This document shows, piece after piece, positions 26,698 through 32,000 of a DNA stretch of 32,000 bases (the first letter of the stretch is position 1; every line of letters starts with the position of its first letter). The notes beneath the pieces are model-generated. The model ran no database searches and was not told the origin of the DNA. It was given only the letters and a program-made list of their open reading frames with translations. The stretch is from Candidatus Saccharimonadota bacterium (lineage in GTDB: Bacteria > Bacteroidota > Bacteroidia > Cytophagales > Amoebophilaceae): contig NZ_OZ239769.1 in assembly GCF_965196625.1 (NCBI RefSeq), forward strand, positions 1,050,001-1,082,000, in the 5' to 3' direction. The translations under genes and the position numbers were made by a program.

Positions 26698-29157
26698 ATG
26701 GATGGAGGACTTGCCTCTGCATGGGGTGAGGATGGTATAGGCGGCATGGTAGAGCTGATTGTATCTGATGAAAAAGAGCAGTTCTCCGACGACAACACCC
26801 AAGGTAAAATACCCCTGTTGGCACTTCGCAACACAGTTTTGTTTCCCAACGTTGTAGTACCTATTGCGGTTAAAGAAAGGCAAGCCATGCATTTAATAGA
26901 AGCCGTGCATGAAAAAGATGGCCTATTAGGCATCATTGCCCAGCGCAATCCAGAAACCTTTGAAGGCAAACCAACCGATATTTATCCAATAGGTACACTA
27001 GCCAAAATCATTAAAATCATTAGTTTACCAAATGGCAAAACGATTGCTTTGGTGCATGGCAAGCAAAAATTTCGAACCATTCAACTCTTTACAGAGCCAT
27101 TGGGGTTAGAAGCGACCATTCACGTGCTAAAGGACCAGCCTTATAAGGAAGATAAAAGGGTACTTGCGCTGATGCAGTCATTAAAAGATGTGGCCATTAA
27201 GATTCTTAAGTTTCGATCTGATGGCACTAGTGAAGCGCAAGCAGTATTAACCAATATTAAAAGTCCAGATTTTTTGACCTACTTTTTGGCCTCTAATTTA
27301 AATACAGATATCCACTACAAGCAAAAGTTACTAGAGGTCAACAACAGCACCAAACGGGCCAATTTGCTTTTAAAACACCTGCTTAAGGAGTTAGAAATTT
27401 CCGAGCTTAAAAAAGAGATTCAAGACAAAGTGCATTCTGATATTAGTCAGCAGCAACGGGACTATTATTTAAGGCAACAAGTTAAAGTACTCCAAGATGA
27501 ACTAGGTGAAAACGACCTCTCTGATGAGATTGATGCATTACGTGAAAAAGGCAATAAAAAACAATGGTCTAAAGAAGTAGCAGATTATTTTAAGAAAGCA
27601 TTGGAAAAAGTGGAACGAATCAGTCCCCATAGTCCAGACTATTCCATTAGCATCAACCATGCAGAGCTGGTGGTAGAACTGCCTTGGGAAACCTATACCA
27701 AAGACAACCTAGACCTAAACCGAGCCAAGAAGATTTTTGATGCAGACCACTATGGCATTGAAAAAGTAAAAGAACGTCTTTTAGAATTTTTAGCTGTTTT
27801 ACAGCTAAAGAAAAATATGAAAGGGCCTATTTTATGTTTATGTGGTCCACCTGGGGTAGGCAAAACATCGTTGGGCAAGTCTATTGCAAAAGCAATGGGT
27901 AGAAAGTATGCACGCATTGCATTAGGTGGGTTAAATGATGAAGCCGAGATACGAGGCCATAGAAAAACCTATATTGGCGCCATGCCTGGAAAAATTATCT
28001 ATAACATTCAAAAAAGCGGCGCATCGAATCCGGTAATTGTACTAGATGAAGTAGACAAACTAGATGGAATGCGTGGAGATCCAGCCTCTGCTCTATTGGA
28101 GGTGCTCGATCCAGAGCAGAACAATGCTTTTGTCGACAACTTCTTAGAGGTACCATACGACCTTTCCAATATTTTGTTTGTAGCCACTGCCAACTCGATA
28201 GATCGTATTCCAGCTGCTTTACAGGACAGAATGGAAATCATTGAAGTAAGCGGTTATCTTTTAGAAGAGAAGATAGAAATTGCAAAAAAATATCTTTTCC
28301 CCAAACAAAGAAAAGAGCATGGCCTTAAAGCCAGTGATTTAGCGATACAAGATGATGCCTTGGCTACTATTATAGCCAGTTACACACGGGAATCTGGTGT
28401 CCGTGAATTATCGCGTCAAATAGCCAATATTTGCAGAAAAACCGCTAAGTCCATTGCTTTAGGTGAAGCCTATACTAAAAAACTCAAAGCAACAGATATC
28501 AGTGTTTTACTGGGCCCGAAACCATTTGACCAGACCCCTTATCAAACTACACCCTTGCCGGGTGTTTCAGTTGGATTGGCATGGACAGCAGCTGGTGGCG
28601 AAATTCTCTTTATAGAGTCTGTCTTGAGTAAAGGAAAAGGAAGGGTTAATTTATCTGGCCACTTAGGAGAAGTAATGAAGGAATCTGCCATGACGGCACT
28701 TTCTTACTTAAAAGCAAACGACCAATACCTTGACGTAGCACACGGTGTCTTTGAAAACTACGATTTACACATTCATGTCCCCTCTGGCGCCGTTCCTAAG
28801 GATGGCCCTTCTGCAGGGATTACCCTGTTTGCCTCATTGGCCTCCCTGTATACCCAAAAAAAGGTAAAAGACCGCTTGGCTATGACAGGCGAGATTACCT
28901 TACGAGGGGAGGTACTACCCGTAGGGGGCATTAAAGAAAAGATTCTAGCCGCAAAACGGGTAGGCATGAAAGAGATTATACTCAGCAGCAAAAACAAAAA
29001 AGATGTCCAAGAGATTAAAGAAATCTACCGTAAAAACTTAACCTTTCACTATGTAGATTCTGTAGATCAGGTCTATCAATTGGCACTACAAGAGCATAAA
29101 ATAGCTGGTGCAAAGGTTTGGGATGGTAGTTGGGCTGAAACACTACCAGGGAAATAA
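26698..29157 (+). CDS. lon: ATP-dependent endopeptidase Lon
   Basis: The N-domain segment [18 protein letters not shown], Walker [10 protein letters not shown], Walker [10 protein letters not shown] and protease motif [10 protein letters not shown] are present. The tracked ORF starts at a TTG (26623). ATGs at 26674 and 26698 are more plausible, so the start is uncertain. Confidence 0.93.
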   Translation: MDGGLASAWGEDGIGGMVELIVSDEKEQFSDDNTQGKIPLLALRNTVLFPNVVVPIAVKERQAMHLIEAVHEKDGLLGIIAQRNPETFEGKPTDIYPIGTLAKIIKIISLPNGKTIALVHGKQKFRTIQLFTEPLGLEATIHVLKDQPYKEDKRVLALMQSLKDVAIKILKFRSDGTSEAQAVLTNIKSPDFLTYFLASNLNTDIHYKQKLLEVNNSTKRANLLLKHLLKELEISELKKEIQDKVHSDISQQQRDYYLRQQVKVLQDELGENDLSDEIDALREKGNKKQWSKEVADYFKKALEKVERISPHSPDYSISINHAELVVELPWETYTKDNLDLNRAKKIFDADHYGIEKVKERLLEFLAVLQLKKNMKGPILCLCGPPGVGKTSLGKSIAKAMGRKYARIALGGLNDEAEIRGHRKTYIGAMPGKIIYNIQKSGASNPVIVLDEVDKLDGMRGDPASALLEVLDPEQNNAFVDNFLEVPYDLSNILFVATANSIDRIPAALQDRMEIIEVSGYLLEEKIEIAKKYLFPKQRKEHGLKASDLAIQDDALATIIASYTRESGVRELSRQIANICRKTAKSIALGEAYTKKLKATDISVLLGPKPFDQTPYQTTPLPGVSVGLAWTAAGGEILFIESVLSKGKGRVNLSGHLGEVMKESAMTALSYLKANDQYLDVAHGVFENYDLHIHVPSGAVPKDGPSAGITLFASLASLYTQKKVKDRLAMTGEITLRGEVLPVGGIKEKILAAKRVGMKEIILSSKNKKDVQEIKEIYRKNLTFHYVDSVDQVYQLALQEHKIAGAKVWDGSWAETLPGK

Positions 29158-30473
29158 TGAAAAAAGTTGCTTTTCATACATTAGGCTGTAAATTAAATTT
29201 TTCCGAAACCTCTGCCATTGGGCGCCTCTTTACAGAAGCAGGATTCGTTACCGTAACCTTGGCACAGCGGCCGCATGTTTTTGTATTGAATACCTGTTCT
29301 GTAACCGAGAATGCAGATGATAAGTGTGCGAAAATGGTTAGAGAAGCCTTAAAAATGGCACCGGAAGCTTTTGTAATCGTAATAGGCTGCTATGCTCAAC
29401 TTAAGCCAGAAGCCATTGCAGCCATACCAGGTGTCGATGCCGTATTTGGCACACATGAAAAATTCAAGCTACTGGACTGGATTACCGATTGGCATAAAAA
29501 AAAATCCGACGAATCGGCCACCATACAAGTTACCTCTATTAAAGAAAAGTTAACCTTCTCCCCTGCCTACTCTATAGGAGACCGCACCAGAACTTTTCTT
29601 AAAGTACAAGATGGTTGTAGCTATGCATGTTCCTTTTGCACCATACCACTGGCTAGAGGGCCAAGCAGAAGTGCTACCATTGCAGAAGTAGTTGAACAAG
29701 CCAAGTCGATCAAAAATGTAAAAGAAATTGTCCTAACCGGGGTAAATCTAGGCGACTTTGGCATCATTGACGACAAACGCCAAACCAACTTTTTTGAGTT
29801 GATTCAAGCTTTAGATAAAGTAGAAAGCATAGAACGTTTTCGCATTTCTTCTATTGAGCCCAATCTGCTCCGCAATGAAATCATAGACTTTGTGGCTAGC
29901 TCCAAACGCTTTGTACCCCACTTCCACATTCCCCTACAATCTGGTAGCGATAAGATTTTAAAACTTATGCGCCGCCGCTATTTAACCAAGCTCTACCAAG
30001 AACGTGTAGCGCACATAAAAGCAAAAATGCCTACCTGTTGCATAGGTGTAGATGTACTCGTTGGATTTCCAGGTGAAACAGAAGAAGATTTCTTAGAAAG
30101 CTATCATTTTTTAAATGCATTACCTATTGCCTATATACATGTCTTTCCTTATTCAGAAAGAGCGCATACAAAAGCAGCCAGCATGGCTGAGGTCGTTCCT
30201 CAAAAAGAGCGTGTAAAACGGGCCAGAATGTTGCGCATCCTTTCGGAAAAAAAGCTCAGCCACTTTTATAGGCAACATTTAGGCCATACCGCTACGGTTT
30301 TATTTGAATATGGGGCAAATGATGGCGTTATAGAAGGGTTTACAGAGAATTATATTCGGGTCCAATTGCCCCATCAAGAAGCACTAGCCAATAGACTTTG
30401 TAAAGTACTACTCAAAGCAATCAATGCAGAAGGAATGGTTGTGCCAGAATTATGTACATCCACTTCCTTCTAA
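29157..30473 (+). CDS. mtaB: tRNA (t6A37) methylthiotransferase MtaB (MiaB-family radical SAM enzyme)
   Basis: N-terminal TLGCKLNFSETS (UPF0004 domain), the radical-SAM motif CSYACSFC and a C-terminal TRAM-like region are present. The ATG overlaps the lon stop (TAATG). Confidence 0.85.
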   Translation: MKKVAFHTLGCKLNFSETSAIGRLFTEAGFVTVTLAQRPHVFVLNTCSVTENADDKCAKMVREALKMAPEAFVIVIGCYAQLKPEAIAAIPGVDAVFGTHEKFKLLDWITDWHKKKSDESATIQVTSIKEKLTFSPAYSIGDRTRTFLKVQDGCSYACSFCTIPLARGPSRSATIAEVVEQAKSIKNVKEIVLTGVNLGDFGIIDDKRQTNFFELIQALDKVESIERFRISSIEPNLLRNEIIDFVASSKRFVPHFHIPLQSGSDKILKLMRRRYLTKLYQERVAHIKAKMPTCCIGVDVLVGFPGETEEDFLESYHFLNALPIAYIHVFPYSERAHTKAASMAEVVPQKERVKRARMLRILSEKKLSHFYRQHLGHTATVLFEYGANDGVIEGFTENYIRVQLPHQEALANRLCKVLLKAINAEGMVVPELCTSTSF

Positions 30474-30559
30474 GAGACTGCAGTTAGCGGCCATGGAAGA
30501 AGCGCTTCATGCTCCTCTACTTTTACAAAATCAAGCGTTTTTATAAACTTTATAAACTG

Positions 30560-32000
30560 CTATTGCAACGAATGGATGCCATTGAACTGTAATTTACACA
30601 TATTTGCATAGAGGGGGCTAGTCTTTAAAAGGGTTTCATGCGATCCATTTGCAATGATTTTTCCATTATTAAATACCAGCACGCGATCCATTGCAGCCAA
30701 AACCGTCAACCTATGTGCGATCACAATAGTTGTTTTACCAGCCATAATCATAGAAAGGCTTTCTTGAATTTCAGTTTCTGTAACGGCATCCAATGCAGAA
30801 GTAGCCTCATCTAGTATTAAGATAGGCGCATCTTTTAATATAGCACGTGCAATAGCGATGCGTTGGCGTTGCCCACCTGAAAGCTTTGATCCCCTTTCAC
30901 CGACAAATGCATGGTATCCTTGCGCTAAACGCATAATAAAGTCGTGACACTTTGCTTTTTGAGCAGCCGCAATGACTTCATCATCGGTTGCTTCTTTACG
31001 CCCATAACGAATATTTTCTAAAATGCTGCCATGAAAAAGCGTTGTATCTTGGGGTATAAGGGAAATGGCTGCACGCAATGACTCCTGGGTAACCGTAGCG
31101 ATATCTTGTCCATCAATTGTAATCACACCCTGATCCAAATCAAAAAACCTGAGCAACAAATTAATAAAAGTAGTTTTACCACTACCAGATAAACCGACCA
31201 ATCCTACCTTCTCGCCGGGTGCAATCTCCATGTTTTGATTTTCAAATACAGGTTTGCCCGGCACATATGCAAAAGAGACTCCTTTAAAAGCAATAGCAGC
31301 CGACCGACATTGCAGTGCAGAAGCATCAGCTGCATCAAGCACCGCATGTTTTTTTTGTAATAACTTAAAAGCCTGCTTACAATAGCCAACTTCCTCAAAG
31401 AAATCAGGAAACTCTGCTACAGAAACCCAAACCAGATTACAAATATTATTACCAGCATAAAAAATATAAGTCAACTGAGCAATGGAAAGCTTACCAAGCT
31501 GCCAATAATAAACCATATAGGTGAGCATCCCTACACCCATAAAGCCAATTGAAAGGCCACTAATGATAAAATGAAGATGCATAATAAGCTTTAAAGCCTT
31601 TTCATGTGCCAGTTTTTCTGCAGCCTGCGGAGCAATCAAATGGGTGATTGCTTCCCTTTTTCGAGCAAAGAGTTTAATGCTTAAGATATTGGTAAAGCCA
31701 TCTACAATGCTACCAGATAAGCGACTGACTTTTTCTGCATGTAAGGCTACACCACGGCTGATCTTTTTTGAATAAAAAAGATAGGTAGCAGTATGCAATA
31801 TCAGCCAGACCATCAACAGCGCACCAAAAGTAGGCTGTATATAGGCAAAGGAAAACACACCAGCCAACATGGTACAAAATGTGGGCAAAAATGATGAAAT
31901 GACAATCATGATGACTTGGCTAATGCCATCTGTTAAGTCATTGACCCGTTTAAGCAAATCACCAGAGAAATGCTCTGTAAAAAACTGATAGGAATGACCT
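30560..32000 (-). CDS. ABC transporter permease/ATP-binding fusion (MsbA-like exporter); 5' end lies beyond the window
   Basis: Walker A GLSGSGKTT, signature LSGGQRQR and Walker B ILILDEATS are present. The frame stays open upstream of the tracked TTG start (...FSGDLLKRVNDLTDG, a typical TMD motif) to the window edge. Confidence 0.9.
   Translation of the reverse strand, partial: GHSYQFFTEHFSGDLLKRVNDLTDGISQVIMIVISSFLPTFCTMLAGVFSFAYIQPTFGALLMVWLILHTATYLFYSKKISRGVALHAEKVSRLSGSIVDGFTNILSIKLFARKREAITHLIAPQAAEKLAHEKALKLIMHLHFIISGLSIGFMGVGMLTYMVYYWQLGKLSIAQLTYIFYAGNNICNLVWVSVAEFPDFFEEVGYCKQAFKLLQKKHAVLDAADASALQCRSAAIAFKGVSFAYVPGKPVFENQNMEIAPGEKVGLVGLSGSGKTTFINLLLRFFDLDQGVITIDGQDIATVTQESLRAAISLIPQDTTLFHGSILENIRYGRKEATDDEVIAAAQKAKCHDFIMRLAQGYHAFVGERGSKLSGGQRQRIAIARAILKDAPILILDEATSALDAVTETEIQESLSMIMAGKTTIVIAHRLTVLAAMDRVLVFNNGKIIANGSHETLLKTSPLYANMCKLQFNGIHSLQ

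Noticed and set aside
30474-30559. Palindrome gaagcgcttc (part of catggaagaagcgcttcatg) between the convergent mtaB and ABC genes, considered as a terminator.
   Set aside because: The stem is short and bulged with essentially no loop, and no U-tract lies on either side. This is not enough to call a terminator.
1-32000. I looked for CRISPR arrays, tandem repeats, rRNA/tRNA genes, transposases or integrases, and prophage blocks.
   Set aside because: I found no regularly spaced direct repeats, no tRNA T-loop-like GTTCNANTC contexts in the intergenic regions, no rRNA-like sequence, and no ORF with transposase, integrase or phage structural motifs.

Overview
The window is an AT-rich, gene-dense stretch of bacterial chromosome. 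All calls come from motifs I recognise by eye. No database search was run. It most likely belongs to Bacteroidota, because the ribosomal gene order is rpsL-rpsG-fusA-rpsJ, a TTTG/TAnnTTTG-type promoter lies upstream of rpsL, and an MtaB-type N-terminus and a rhomboid N-terminus typical of the phylum are present. Several hyper-conserved proteins are degraded or divergent and classical operons are broken, which suggests a host-associated or reduced genome such as the Amoebophilus/Cardinium lineage. That lineage assignment is a guess. Most of the content is housekeeping: yebC, ruvB, murD, rpsL, rpsG, fusA, rpsJ, rmuC, hslU, rseP, lon, mtaB and an ABC exporter. I saw no rRNA, tRNA, CRISPR array, transposase or integrase, and I do not see a clear multi-gene novel system. 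Six loci are worth a second look: (1) a 1187-aa sodium:solute-symporter fusion whose C-terminus looks like a histidine-kinase ATPase domain and a RelA/SpoT HD domain with every catalytic residue replaced; (2) an orphan lipoprotein-like gene with an extreme NNT codon bias foreign to its neighbours; (3) an internally deleted zeta-toxin-like gene plus a small partner packed upstream of a lone AddB-like Fe-S nuclease; (4) a rhomboid lacking its catalytic His; (5) an S12 carrying substitutions at streptomycin/accuracy positions; (6) an S10 operon cut off after rpsJ by a roughly 85-nt hairpin element.
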